From a virus (Duplodnaviria > Caudoviricetes), in IMG/VR virus record IMGVR_UViG_3300033144_007704, positions 433 through 64,432 of that record: a DNA stretch of 64,000 nucleotides. One strand, given 5' to 3'. Numbering within the stretch: position 1 is the first letter of the stretch; each line of letters begins with the position of its first letter. The notes under the pieces were generated by a model. That model was given only the letters and a program-made list of their open reading frames with translations, ran no database searches and was not told where the DNA came from. Made by a program: the position numbers and the translations under genes. This document shows positions 35,043 to 45,767 of the stretch, piece after piece.

Positions 35043-35540
35043 ATGGGACGGGGAGGTAATTTAATGTTATCAATGAAATTATGGTATAAAAATTTTATCT
35101 ATATTTGGAAGCATAGATGGCATGTTTTCGCAGAATGTTGTAAGCTCGGGATACCGTGGAGAGGGATATTTCACGATTTAAGTAAATATTATCCAGATGA
35201 ATATGCTTCTTATGCCCGCCACTTTTATAGCGGAAAAAATGAAAAAAAAAGATATAGTAAGAAATTTAAAATAAGTTGGCTTAAACATATTCACAGGAAT
35301 CCTCATCATTGGCAATATTGGGTTCGCGTGCAAAAAAGCGCAGATATAAAAAATCCTTACCTGGCTGTTGTTAAGGCGCTCGAAATTCCCGATAAATATT
35401 TAAAGGAATTAGTAGCGGACTGGAGAGCGATGGGGAAAACGGGATTGTCTGCAAAGAATTTCTATTCAACGAAGAAATACGATATAATCCTTCATAAGAA
35501 AACGCGAAAAAAATTAGAGCAAATACTGGAAGTAGAATAA
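35043..35540 (+). CDS. DUF5662-like HD-type protein
   Basis: HRWHV, HDLSKY, WLKHIHRNPHHWQYW, ELVADW. Confidence 0.75.
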   Translation: MGRGGNLMLSMKLWYKNFIYIWKHRWHVFAECCKLGIPWRGIFHDLSKYYPDEYASYARHFYSGKNEKKRYSKKFKISWLKHIHRNPHHWQYWVRVQKSADIKNPYLAVVKALEIPDKYLKELVADWRAMGKTGLSAKNFYSTKKYDIILHKKTRKKLEQILEVE

Positions 35541-36487
35541 TGACTAAATTAGAAAGAATAATATATTTAAGAAAGATGAAAATATATTTACAGGAAATAG
35601 ACAGAATTCTGGATAGATTAGATAAGGTTGATATATATGGAGATATTGTGCAGAATTTTGAAGACGAGTGTCGGAAAAGGCATACAAAACGTATCATAAA
35701 AATGATTAATGACGATCTCAAGAGGACCAGACAATGAGAATTGATTTTATATGTCCTCACTGTGGTCAATGGTGGACCGGAAATGTTCCGGTAGCAAAAG
35801 ATGATAAAGATCCCATTGTGGATTATTGCCGCAAATGCAGCACGAAAACAATTGGAAGAGATAGTTCAACAAAAGTTAAGAAAAATTAGCAGAAATAAAA
35901 GGAAAAGATGATATATTTAACTGATAAAGAAATTGAGGAAATCATCTGGGATGCATTTTGTAAGATTCCTTCGAGCGGAAAGGCTCAACAAGAAAGAGAA
36001 TGGTTAGTGGCTCTTGTTGCCGAGGTTAAAGAACGCAGAAGAAATGACAGGGAAAGTAGAATAAATGAGAAAACACACGCTTAAAACTGGAGATATTTTT
36101 ATAGACGGAACAGGTTTTACGTGGATTAATGGAAAAAAATATTTTGATTTTGATATCTTTGAATACAGAGAATGTGAGAATGAAGGAAAAGGGTTTCGCT
36201 ATAATAGGGACGGTTCTGAAACCTATTATTACTGGGCTCGCCCCGAAGAATCCATGCTTTTTAAAAATGTGCCGAAAGACATAATGTTCTCATTTAAACA
36301 TGGCAGCAGCGAATTTCAAATTAAACGAGAGAAGCTTGAAAAATGTAAATCAATTTCGGAAATTGTAAGAAAATCAAATTTTCAATTCAGAACGCCAGAA
36401 GAAATTAGAGCAGAGGACTCCACGATTTTAATTCAGCTATTTCCGTGAAGGAATTAAAATGATGAAAAAAAATATAAGGAGAAATTC

Positions 36488-37027
36488 ATGCCAGTAAATT
36501 GGGAATCGTTTAAATCGCAACTAACAAGCTATTTTGCTTCGAGATCTGCTTCAAGTGAAACAGAGGCAGCGCAAAAGATAGCAAATCTTTATCATGCGGC
36601 AGCAAAAACAGCTAAAGTAAATATAACCGGATGCAAATTAATAGATAATGGGAATAAAGCCAGATTCTACCCTATTATCCTACAGGGGCTCAATTCTGCC
36701 AAGGCGTTGCAATCTGGAAATGCTGTTTCGCTTATCAGCGATGCCTGGAATGCCGCCGTTATAGCATATTGGACGGGAGCTATTATATCGAGCAGTTATA
36801 CTGGATTGCCACCAGGATTATCTACGCTTGGTCCTCCTATAACAGTACTTTCTCCGGGAGTATGTAATTTCATAATGCCTTCAGGAGCACAGCCTCCAAG
36901 TGCTATGCCTGATGCAATGGCGATGGCATTCAAAGCCCACTTATTAACAATAACGGGTGTTTATGCTGCCATGACGTCTTCGACTCCGCCAGTACCGATT
37001 GTAATTCCGTGGACGGGGATGGGTTAG
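36488..37027 (+). CDS. Putative baseplate-associated virion protein
   Basis: Ala/Pro/Gly-rich, AYWTGA and terminal PVPIVIPWTG; composition unlike its neighbours. Confidence 0.45.
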   Translation: MPVNWESFKSQLTSYFASRSASSETEAAQKIANLYHAAAKTAKVNITGCKLIDNGNKARFYPIILQGLNSAKALQSGNAVSLISDAWNAAVIAYWTGAIISSSYTGLPPGLSTLGPPITVLSPGVCNFIMPSGAQPPSAMPDAMAMAFKAHLLTITGVYAAMTSSTPPVPIVIPWTGMG

Positions 37028-37092
37028 CGCGGAAAAGGTGTTGAAGTCCCAATCAAAGAAAACGGAGTAGATGGTTGTTAGATCGTAAAAAA

Positions 37093-37393
37093 AGTCAATG
37101 CGGAAGCATTAAAAATGATCTGAAATTATCAGGCAGAATATATCATTGTAGTGACTGCGGATTCGTTTGTGACAGAGACGTAAATTCTGGCATAAACTTG
37201 AAGAATGCTCAAAAATACAGGATAACGGCATGATAAATTTAACAAAATACCGATGGCTAGTCGGGAATCTAAGCCTGTGGACTGTTGTATCAAACGAGAT
37301 TAGCAACCCCATAAAATGGGTTGTGAAATCGGACAGGGCGAAGCAGGAAAACTCATTAATCTATAAGATAATTATAGGTTTTTGTTAGCAGCA
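37093..37393 (+). mobile_element. TnpB remnant: last 46 codons plus omegaRNA / right end
   Basis: SQCGSIKNDLKLSGRIYHCSDCGFVCDRDVNSGINLKNAQKYRITA* (TGA 37231-37233) aligns with the end of TnpB 21547..22719, followed by the homologous scaffold. Confidence 0.85.
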
Positions 37394-38067
37394 CGGATTG
37401 GTTGGCTAAAATAATGGAAAAGATTGAAGACGACAGTAGGCTGATTTGCTTCATCTATCTCTTAGGAAGAGATTATCTTCCTTTGGGAAAAATTGAAAAC
37501 ATAATGCAGGAGATTCCGAAAGTGGGGAATGCTTGCATATATTCAAATTCAGATCTTGCGAATTATGCTCGGAATGTTGTAAAAAGATTGCGGAGGTAAA
37601 ATGAAATGTCAAAAAATAAAAAAAAGATACTTAAATGTCAGAGAAAAAAGTCTTATGGGACATTCAAAGAAGCTGAACGTTCCAGGATGCAACATCCTGA
37701 GAGAGGAAACTGGTTAATGAGTTATCATTGTGGAGTATGTGGAAAATGGCATTTAGCCAAAAAACACAGGCACATATCTCATACTATAGCAAGATTGCTC
37801 AGAGGGACTCTTTTTGCGGATAAGACTTCAAAGGAGAAAAATTAAGGAATGGTAAAGTGTTCGGAATTTGATATTGATTTACACATAAAAATAGGGGAAT
37901 ACGAAGAAATGTTAACTCTTCGATGTAATCTGTGTGGATATTCATATAAAATTCCGAACCACCATTCTCATTCTATCTGGCGATATAAATATTGTTGTGA
38001 AGAGTGCAGGGATGCGGATAAGACTTTAATGGAATTCGAAAAATTAAATCAAATTAATTCATTTAGC

Positions 38068-38096
38068 TTGACAAAATGAGAAAATTTATTTAAAAT
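38068..38096 (+). promoter_or_regulatory. Sigma70-like promoter
   Basis: TTGACA-17 nt-TAAAAT upstream of 38130. Confidence 0.55.
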
Positions 38097-38389
38097 ATAC
38101 AAAATGAAAAGGATTGTTCTTATTAAATCATGAAATGGGATTATCGGGTTGTTAGGTTTCCGAACAAATATCTAAAAAAAATAGTGCCTTCTTGCAATGA
38201 TTTCTATTATCATATAATGGAGATCCTTTATGATGATAATGGTTCTATTGGGTCAATGATACCCCATGACGATCTGATATTTCCTAAAAAACACGATCTG
38301 TTAATAGAGATAGAGGCAATAGTATCTGCTTTAAATAAACCCGTGATAGATCAAGACGGAAACGTGGTCGGTCCGCCCATAATGGTAGA

Positions 38390-38866
38390 ATGAATAATTT
38401 TAATAAGAAAGAGAGAAATTATCCTGGAGAAACTCAATTCGCTAAAAAGCTGGAAAAGGAAGCTTCTCGATATGGTTGTAAACTTATAGATATACCGGAT
38501 GTTTACGTAACTGCAGAAAAATTGGAACAATTCAAAAAGACAGGAAAATTTAATGAGCGAAGAAGACCATTTGATAAACTACTGGTATCGCCTTCCGGAA
38601 ATTATTGCATAGAGATTAAATATAATAATAGCCCACTAAGGCCCCACCAGAGAGAAACACAAATAAAGATAAATGAAATTAATCGAAGCTATTTTGTTGT
38701 TAGAAAAAAGGTGAAGATTAATAAAATATCTAAAAAGGTTATTCCGCGATATTCGATAGAACAAATTATAAATGGTCAGAAAATAATTTACAGATATGAT
38801 TACATAAAGGAAATATTTGATTTTTTTAACAAGCTTAGACTATTTATTAATGTTAATGCTAAATAG
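38390..38866 (+). CDS. PD-(D/E)XK nuclease, Holliday-junction-resolvase-like
   Basis: ETQFAK, RRPFDKLL, CIEIK, LRPHQ. Confidence 0.6.
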   Translation: MNNFNKKERNYPGETQFAKKLEKEASRYGCKLIDIPDVYVTAEKLEQFKKTGKFNERRRPFDKLLVSPSGNYCIEIKYNNSPLRPHQRETQIKINEINRSYFVVRKKVKINKISKKVIPRYSIEQIINGQKIIYRYDYIKEIFDFFNKLRLFINVNAK

Positions 38867-38965
38867 AAATAACTTGACAAAAATTCTATTGGGCTTCACA
38901 TCTTCAAAAGAAATAAAATTTTTTTTAGCTATCAGCCGAAAAGAACAAGGGGGATTAAGGCGATA

Positions 38966-39361
38966 ATGGATTATTTGCGCATCTATGTTAAAGAAGGTGA
39001 CCAGGACAAAGTTAAAAAGAGGATTAAATTAGCTTGTCCCGCTATTATAAAAGAAGCAGTATTAGCTCCGATGTATGGACCCTCGCTCCCAAAATTAAAA
39101 AAACCAAAGGCCATGACTACCGGAATGAACACTAAAACAATGGCGTCCATGAGCGGACCTGAATTATCTCAAAGACTGAAACCGCCCACAAAATTTAGCA
39201 CTCATTTCAAGACAGTTGGCAAGAAGGGTAAGTTGAAGCCAATATTTGAAACGACCCGAAAAGCAGGAAAAGGATTATTTAATAAAGCTTTTACAGGATT
39301 ATGGGTTGGAAGCACCGTTTTAGATACATTAAAATATAGCCCGAAAGGCTTACCATTTTAA
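38966..39361 (+). CDS. Basic protein with internal leader-like CPAIIKEA
   Basis: Motif at about 39035, preceded by AGAGGA. Confidence 0.6.
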   Translation: MDYLRIYVKEGDQDKVKKRIKLACPAIIKEAVLAPMYGPSLPKLKKPKAMTTGMNTKTMASMSGPELSQRLKPPTKFSTHFKTVGKKGKLKPIFETTRKAGKGLFNKAFTGLWVGSTVLDTLKYSPKGLPF

Positions 39362-39379
39362 AATAGAAAGGAGAAATAA

Positions 39380-39592
39380 ATGAAATGTCCAGAAATAATC
39401 AAGGAAGCATTATTTGGTTTAACCTTAACAACCCCTCTTTTTATTAGGAAGCGGAAAAGGATTTTTAAGGATAATGTTAAAAAAAAGAAGACAAAAATAA
39501 AAACACTTGAAAAATCTGATAAAATAAGAAATGCTTTAATTAATATGTCTAAAGACTATACAAAATATCATGGAGATTTATATTTTGATTAA
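39380..39592 (+). CDS. Small basic protein with MKCPEIIKEA leader
   Basis: SD AAGGAG; leader shared with paralogous starts. Confidence 0.75.
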   Translation: MKCPEIIKEALFGLTLTTPLFIRKRKRIFKDNVKKKKTKIKTLEKSDKIRNALINMSKDYTKYHGDLYFD

Positions 39593-39606
39593 AAGGAGAA
39601 AAATAA

Positions 39607-41610
39607 ATGAACTTATTCAAACAACCATTATCAGCTAAGGATGTTTTTTCTTTCATTAGAAAAGAAGCGTCTTTAGAGCTTTCCAATAAAATCGAAAATT
39701 GGCGAAAAGAAATCGATGAATACATGGATAGTCGCTATTCATTCTTATCGTCAGGGTTGGGAAGCGTAAATTTTAAAAAAGTAGATGAAAACACAAAAGA
39801 CGCAGTGGGACAAATTATCTGGTCGGAAAATAATATGTCTTTTACTATTCCTATTATTATTGAAGACGGAAAATTAAAAGAACCCAATACAGCAGTATAT
39901 AAGAACAAGATTATTCCTCTTGATGAGGAGTTTCTTTCCTGGACACAAAGTTCTAATGAAAATATAGGCGAAGCGGTTAAAGAAGATAAAGACATTACCG
40001 GCAATATGGAATACATCGCTCAAGATGGATTATTTTCATACGACGAAGAAGGACAGCAGAAAATATCTGCAGATCTGTCGACCATCGATCGTGTGAAAGG
40101 TTATCTTAAGGATAAGAGAATTAAATTAACCGAGAAGATAGCTTCTTCTATAAAAAACGCAATACCTGTAACTGCTCCTACAAAAGAGCACCTGTTGGAA
40201 GTTTTATCAGAAAATGCAGACATCCCATATCATTATAAGGTTGCCGCATTATACAGAGACGCAAAAGGTCGACTGGAAATTAAGGAAGGGACATTTAATG
40301 CAGAAGACATGAAAAAGCTGGGATATACTTCGGGTATAGGAATTGGACAAACCGATAGTCCAGACCATCCGGATATAGAATATCATTATATTAGAAATGA
40401 TAAGAACCTTCAAAAAATACCGGTAGTAAAAAGAATTACCGATACAAGACGTTGCGAGCAATTGCTTGTAGAGGGGAAAACAGCTCAAGGAAAGGTATTT
40501 AATAACCTTTTTGCAATATGGGAAAGTAAGCCTGAAATAAAAAGCCTGGCAACAATTGATAGAGAAAAAACGGAAGATGCGTACGGGTGGATATATGGGG
40601 ATATATACGGAAGCGTCTCTCCGGACGACAAAGGAGAAGGCAAGGAATCGCATGGAGCATCCATAGATACTGAAAAAATAGATAGAGCTGCTGAAACATA
40701 CGATAAAACAATAATATTTTTCGCAGGAGAAAATAATATATCCGTCCCATATCATGTTATTGGATGTGAAGACGTAAAAATCGGAGAAGAAGGCAATCGC
40801 GCCAGAACCCTTAAGGTAAAATCTCTGACAGACGATAAAATAGCTGTTCTCTGGCTTGATCATAATATTACAAAGATACTGAAAGCAGATAATAAAAAAC
40901 TAAAAGCTAAAGGTTATGCATCCTTAACATGGGCGAATTATGATGTTTATCTGATACCTGCTTCCTATTCGATCGGAATACTTCAAGGCAGGAGAATCCC
41001 GGCAGCATCATATAAAGATGACTATCGTAAAATGATAAAAGATATCACAGGACAATATCCAATAGAGTTACAGATTCAACAAAGAGATGTGGACCTGTAT
41101 AAAGTTGACATAACCGATTCCGGCGGCAAGAAAGAATATGATAGATTATCAAAAAATGCTGCAACCGTATTAACAAGATATTTCACGGGTAATGGAATTA
41201 AAGACATTCAGGATGTAAGATATGATACTGCTTACAATATCCAGAAAGTCGCCAGAGAAGAAACTTTTCCCGTTAAATCGGTGGACCTCACCTCTCTTAT
41301 AAAATATCGAGGCAATTGGATTAAAGCAGCCGGTATTATATGTAATGTTCCTGAAAAGATTCTTAAAAAAGCTGAGGTTAAGAAGGTTGTCGATGATTTA
41401 ATTGGTATGGAATATATGGACAACAGTAATATTCAGGATATGGCTGAAGTAGAAACAAGAATAATGAAAGCCCTCGATGATGTTGGGCAATTGCTTTTAG
41501 TAGCGAGAATGGGAAAAACCGAATTATCTGAAGCGGTATTAGCTAAGAGTTTTAACGCCCTAACAAAACTAATCAGTGAGATTCGAGGTAAAAACGAGGC
41601 GAAAGGATAA
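39607..41610 (+). CDS. Large probable virion head/core protein with repeated KxA motifs
   Basis: 667 aa upstream of terminase; RKEAS, EKIAS, QKVAR, IKAAG, KKAE. Confidence 0.55.
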   Translation: MNLFKQPLSAKDVFSFIRKEASLELSNKIENWRKEIDEYMDSRYSFLSSGLGSVNFKKVDENTKDAVGQIIWSENNMSFTIPIIIEDGKLKEPNTAVYKNKIIPLDEEFLSWTQSSNENIGEAVKEDKDITGNMEYIAQDGLFSYDEEGQQKISADLSTIDRVKGYLKDKRIKLTEKIASSIKNAIPVTAPTKEHLLEVLSENADIPYHYKVAALYRDAKGRLEIKEGTFNAEDMKKLGYTSGIGIGQTDSPDHPDIEYHYIRNDKNLQKIPVVKRITDTRRCEQLLVEGKTAQGKVFNNLFAIWESKPEIKSLATIDREKTEDAYGWIYGDIYGSVSPDDKGEGKESHGASIDTEKIDRAAETYDKTIIFFAGENNISVPYHVIGCEDVKIGEEGNRARTLKVKSLTDDKIAVLWLDHNITKILKADNKKLKAKGYASLTWANYDVYLIPASYSIGILQGRRIPAASYKDDYRKMIKDITGQYPIELQIQQRDVDLYKVDITDSGGKKEYDRLSKNAATVLTRYFTGNGIKDIQDVRYDTAYNIQKVAREETFPVKSVDLTSLIKYRGNWIKAAGIICNVPEKILKKAEVKKVVDDLIGMEYMDNSNIQDMAEVETRIMKALDDVGQLLLVARMGKTELSEAVLAKSFNALTKLISEIRGKNEAKG

Positions 41611-41612
41611 AA

Positions 41613-42629
41613 ATGTCCTCAAAACAAACATTAAGGGCTGTGCCTCATGAAAACTATATTAAAGTTTTAATGTTGAGCGGAGTGCCGATAAAATCAACAG
41701 GCACGCAAAACAGCATAGATGATGTTTTGGTAGACGACAACTATAATAGCTTGCCGGAATATTATTATAAATTAATAGAGGATGAATGCAGAATCATGCC
41801 CGGCGGGAGCGAAATGATCGATAAAAATCGTCTTGTCCAGGAATATAATTCTAAACTTATCAGGCCTGCAACAGCAAAGATATTAATGGTGTCTGATTCG
41901 GTTTCTAAGGAATTCAGGAGACCTGATATATTCCGTGATCTGGTTAATTATCAAAATTTTAAAAGAAAAAGATTCAAATACTCGGGGTCATACAGGATAT
42001 TATATCTTCTTAGAACTGAAACTGCAAGACAGTATGTGGAATGTGCAGTTTTAACAAGAATGGCTTTAACCGATTTGACTAAGGGCTGGAACGATATAAC
42101 AGTAGGGCAGACAACCGTGAAGTTAAAGCCCATAGTGATAAGTGAGTATATATATTATTTTTGGAATTGCAGGGAATCCACCTTACGTAAACAGGGTACA
42201 ACCAGATTAGATATAATGTCTTATCTCGATGCGGATAAGCAAAACAAATTTTACAGGCCTCATAGGGAATTGTTGTTCAGGGAACCCTCTGTTACAAAAC
42301 ATAAATTCGGGACATTCTCAGAAGATGAAAGAAGAATAGATATTAGTGTTATGAGAGGCAAAACCAGGGATCGTATAATGGATATTCTGAGCAGCGAAAA
42401 ACACAGATCGATATCTGCAGATATTTTAGATTTATTTAAATATTGCGATACACAAGTAAAAGAAAGTGCCGATCAAGGTAAAAGTGTCGATGAATATAAG
42501 GCTGTTATTGAGGATTTTAAACATAGGATAGTAGTGTGTGTTGAAGAGGATATTGCGCTGGATGATTTGAAAAACAGAAAGGTGGATCCGAGAACCATAG
42601 AAATGGATCAGCCGATTAATAAAAAATAA
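41613..42629 (+). CDS. Hypothetical protein (terminase small subunit candidate by position only)
   Basis: 338-aa ORF close upstream of TerL. Confidence 0.4.
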   Translation: MSSKQTLRAVPHENYIKVLMLSGVPIKSTGTQNSIDDVLVDDNYNSLPEYYYKLIEDECRIMPGGSEMIDKNRLVQEYNSKLIRPATAKILMVSDSVSKEFRRPDIFRDLVNYQNFKRKRFKYSGSYRILYLLRTETARQYVECAVLTRMALTDLTKGWNDITVGQTTVKLKPIVISEYIYYFWNCRESTLRKQGTTRLDIMSYLDADKQNKFYRPHRELLFREPSVTKHKFGTFSEDERRIDISVMRGKTRDRIMDILSSEKHRSISADILDLFKYCDTQVKESADQGKSVDEYKAVIEDFKHRIVVCVEEDIALDDLKNRKVDPRTIEMDQPINKK

Positions 42630-42651
42630 ATGGAGTAAAAGGAGAAGCGTT

Positions 42652-42900
42652 ATGAAAACACCAGAAATGATTAAGGAAGCGATTATAGGGCCACTCATAG
42701 ATCTTAATTTGGTTGGGATACCGAGTATTATAGGCTATTTAAAAGGAAAAAAAGATGCTCTTAAAGCTAAAAAGATCGACAAAAGCCAATTGGATTTTGG
42801 AGATAAATTAGTGCGACATGCATTATTGCCGGGATCCTTGGGATATTGGGGAGGATATAGCTCTGGGGTAAAACAAAGAAAAAATAAGCAAGGACAATAA
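42652..42900 (+). CDS. Small protein with MKTPEMIKEA leader, Gly-rich hydrophobic cargo
   Basis: ORF track; SD AAGGAG. Confidence 0.75.
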   Translation: MKTPEMIKEAIIGPLIDLNLVGIPSIIGYLKGKKDALKAKKIDKSQLDFGDKLVRHALLPGSLGYWGGYSSGVKQRKNKQGQ

Positions 42901-42903
42901 GTT

Positions 42904-43302
42904 ATGCCCAGTGTTAGTCGATCCCAACAATCCGCCTCAGCATTAGCATTGTCAGCTAAGCGAGGCAAAATATCTCCAAATAAATTATATGGAGCCGCAA
43001 AACAGATGTACAATAGTATGTCAGAAGAACAACTTCGGCATTACGCCGAAACAAAAACAAAAAATTTGCCTGAAAAAGTGGCAGAAGAGAGGAAATTTAT
43101 GAAATGCCCGGAAATTATTAAAGAAGCGATATTTGGGATTGGCAAAAACATTTCTAAAGGATGGATAAAAACCAAGCATAAAGGTATATCCTATATGTTT
43201 AATAATACTGCGGAAACTCATAAAATTATGCAAAGACGAGATATTAATAGTGACGAAAGAATTAAATTAATGTTGAAAAATAAACTTATGAAAAAAGTTT
43301 AA
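42904..43302 (+). CDS. DUF3008-like protein fused in frame to a MKCPEIIKEA-leader module (ATG 43099)
   Basis: MPSVSRSQQ...ALSAKRG...MSEEQLRHYAETKTKNLPEK, then internal SD GAGGA and leader. Confidence 0.7.
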   Translation: MPSVSRSQQSASALALSAKRGKISPNKLYGAAKQMYNSMSEEQLRHYAETKTKNLPEKVAEERKFMKCPEIIKEAIFGIGKNISKGWIKTKHKGISYMFNNTAETHKIMQRRDINSDERIKLMLKNKLMKKV

Positions 43303-43330
43303 GCACAATGCTATAAGCAGGAGAAAACCT

Positions 43331-43665
43331 ATGAAATGCCCGGAAATTATTAAGAAAGCAGCGGATGAAAAATTATTAAACAAAAAGGTGAAAGTCCAAA
43401 AAAAGATCAGAAACTTTGTTATTATTGACAATCCGCAAGAACGAGAAGTATCCTCATTGGTCGTCGGGATAGGCGAGGAATGGTGGAAACGTTGTTATCG
43501 CCGGGGACAGAAACTTTGTTAGGGGTAGGATTAGCTTCAAGGCAATTATCTAAGATGAATAAAGAAAAATGGAGTAAAAGGAGAAGTGTTATGAAAACAC
43601 CGGAAGCAATAAGAATTAGTTATTATGGGATAGAAAAAACAGGAAGGTGGACCCGAGAACCATAG
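43331..43665 (+). pseudogene. Leader-bearing modules (MKCPEIIKKA at 43331, MKTPEAIR at 43591), apparently frameshifted or truncated
   Basis: Overlapping ORFs 43331..43522 and 43480..43665; the second runs into the 112-bp repeat. Confidence 0.5.
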
Positions 43666-43716
43666 AAATGGATCAGCCGATTAATAAAAAATAAATGGAG
43701 TAAAAGGAGAAGCGTT

Positions 43717-43926
43717 ATGAAAACACCGGAAATTATTAAGGAAGCGGTATTTGAAAAAATAGCTGAACGAGGTCAAGGAATTGGTCAAGGCGGAGAAAGA
43801 CAACTTGATTTTGGTGCAGATGAATGTAAATGTCCTAAATGTGGACATGTTACAAGTCATGGTAAAGGCACGCCATGTAATACAATAAGCTGCCCGGAAT
43901 GTGGGACTAAAATGGTTGGGGTGTAA
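43717..43926 (+). CDS. MKTPEIIKEA leader fused to a Gly-rich / Zn-ribbon domain
   Basis: RGQGIGQGG...CKCPKCGH...GTPCNTISCPECGTKM. Confidence 0.75.
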   Translation: MKTPEIIKEAVFEKIAERGQGIGQGGERQLDFGADECKCPKCGHVTSHGKGTPCNTISCPECGTKMVGV

Positions 43927-43935
43927 AACTAATTA

Positions 43936-45711
43936 ATGAGAAATTTAGATCCCAAAAAGATCATAATAGTTTCAGAGCATAAAAAAGTTCCGGGCAATTA
44001 CCTTCAAGGAGGACATAAGCGCATTGCAAAAATGTACGCAGACGGAAGGGAATTGGCCGCAATAAAGGCTAGACACTTTAAGGGTGATTATAAAGGCTAT
44101 ATTTATAGAACGCATTTCATGAATGCATTATTAAACCTTAAGAATGAACCTTTATCTTATTGGTATCTGGAATTCTGGAAAGAAATATTAAATTCAGCAA
44201 GATTAAGCGTAGCCGTTCCTCCTGAAAGAAGGAAAATGATATGGAAATTTTCCCGCCAGACAGGAAAGTCCGTAAATGCGGGAGCATTAGCTATTACATT
44301 ATCAGTTGAAAATGATAACTTTACAACAGTAATAACTCAACCGACCGATAAACAAATAAGCAGATTTTCCGTAGATATACTCAAGAGAATGAACAGGGAT
44401 TCTATTATAACAGAAACATGGTATTATGATAATAAACTAAACGAGAGACAAGTTAAAAATAAATCATATACAACTGGTTCTCGTATTGTTCTCGCCAATA
44501 TATATAGTTCCGTATTGTCCGCCAGAGGTATTTCAGCAGATTTTTATCATGCAGACGAGTATCAAGACACACCCGAACATCATGCCACTATTATCGAAGA
44601 ATCATTAAGTAGATCTCCTTTCAGATATATGATTAAAAGCGGAACTCCTTTACAGCCAGAAAATCCTCTTCAAAGAGAATTTGATAGATCTACCGGGCAC
44701 GAATGGATGGTAAAGTGCGAAAAATGTAACACGTGGAACGGACCCCTCGGGATTAAAAATATAGGTAAATACGGAACGATATGCTACAAATGTGGAGCAG
44801 AAATATATACCAGATTCGGGATATGGGCGGCAGCACAACCGTCTGCTGCTATAAAGGGATATCATGGTTGTGAATTAATGGTACCGCCGGACGCAGAATA
44901 TGCCGCGACCTGGGCCGAGATATTATTTAAGCTCGAAAACAAAACAACTCTTGAATTCATGAACGAAGTCCTCGGCATGTCTTATTCCGATAATAAACAT
45001 CCCATATCCAGACAAGACGTAATATCCGTATGTGTTCCCGGCAAACGTTATGTAAAAGAGATAACAGAAATAACTCCGGAAATGAAAAGATATTCTTATG
45101 CCGGCATAGACTGGGCAACGGTAATGCGCCCAGGCAGATCGAAAGAAGATATAAAATCTTTTACAACTCTCGTAATAGGTTCGTTTATACCAAACAGCAA
45201 TAAGATCGAGATGAATTATATTAAGAGATATTATGATCTGGAGTTTGAGGATCCAAATAATCCGGATGCTGTTGTAGCGGATATGGTAAAGTGGATTAAT
45301 GCACTTAATGTCAGGATAGTGGGAATGGATTTTGGAGCCGGACATCAAGAAAATATGCGATTAGTAAACATATTAGGCTACGATAGAACAATGGAATTAG
45401 AATATCTGGGAGGAACAGACGATAAAGTTGTTTATGACAGCGCGTCAAATAAATGGCTTTTAAATCGATCAAGGGTTATGGAAGATTTTATTGTAGATTT
45501 TGTTCTAAATAAAAGATTTAAAATGGCTAAGTACGATGGGGAAACATCAGAATATTCTGCCGATCTGACAACAGTATATAAATACCATGATCCGGCTAAA
45601 AGATATTTAAGATTCGGGAAATCGGGGCCAGACGACTTGTTTCATGCAATGTTGTTTATGAGAATGGCGTGGTTGTTTGATCATGACAAATTGCCATATG
45701 TCTCAAAATAG
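43936..45711 (+). CDS. terL: Terminase large subunit (lambda gpA-like)
   Basis: Walker A KFSRQTGKS, RGISAD...Walker B ADEYQD, SGTP, Zn motif CEKC...CYKC, NEVLG, GIDW, GPDDLFHA. Confidence 0.9.
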   Translation: MRNLDPKKIIIVSEHKKVPGNYLQGGHKRIAKMYADGRELAAIKARHFKGDYKGYIYRTHFMNALLNLKNEPLSYWYLEFWKEILNSARLSVAVPPERRKMIWKFSRQTGKSVNAGALAITLSVENDNFTTVITQPTDKQISRFSVDILKRMNRDSIITETWYYDNKLNERQVKNKSYTTGSRIVLANIYSSVLSARGISADFYHADEYQDTPEHHATIIEESLSRSPFRYMIKSGTPLQPENPLQREFDRSTGHEWMVKCEKCNTWNGPLGIKNIGKYGTICYKCGAEIYTRFGIWAAAQPSAAIKGYHGCELMVPPDAEYAATWAEILFKLENKTTLEFMNEVLGMSYSDNKHPISRQDVISVCVPGKRYVKEITEITPEMKRYSYAGIDWATVMRPGRSKEDIKSFTTLVIGSFIPNSNKIEMNYIKRYYDLEFEDPNNPDAVVADMVKWINALNVRIVGMDFGAGHQENMRLVNILGYDRTMELEYLGGTDDKVVYDSASNKWLLNRSRVMEDFIVDFVLNKRFKMAKYDGETSEYSADLTTVYKYHDPAKRYLRFGKSGPDDLFHAMLFMRMAWLFDHDKLPYVSK

Positions 45712-45767
45712 AAAAATGTTGACAGAATATTAAAGATAGTTCTTATTTTGATTAGTAGGATAAATAA

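Larger units (their letters stand above)
42570..43746 (+). repeat. 112-bp direct repeat (42570..42681 and 43635..43746) plus a partial third copy near 43567..43607
   Basis: Covers the 3' end of 41613..42629, the SD and the MKTPE(M/I)IKEA codons; four mismatches by eye. Confidence 0.9.
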
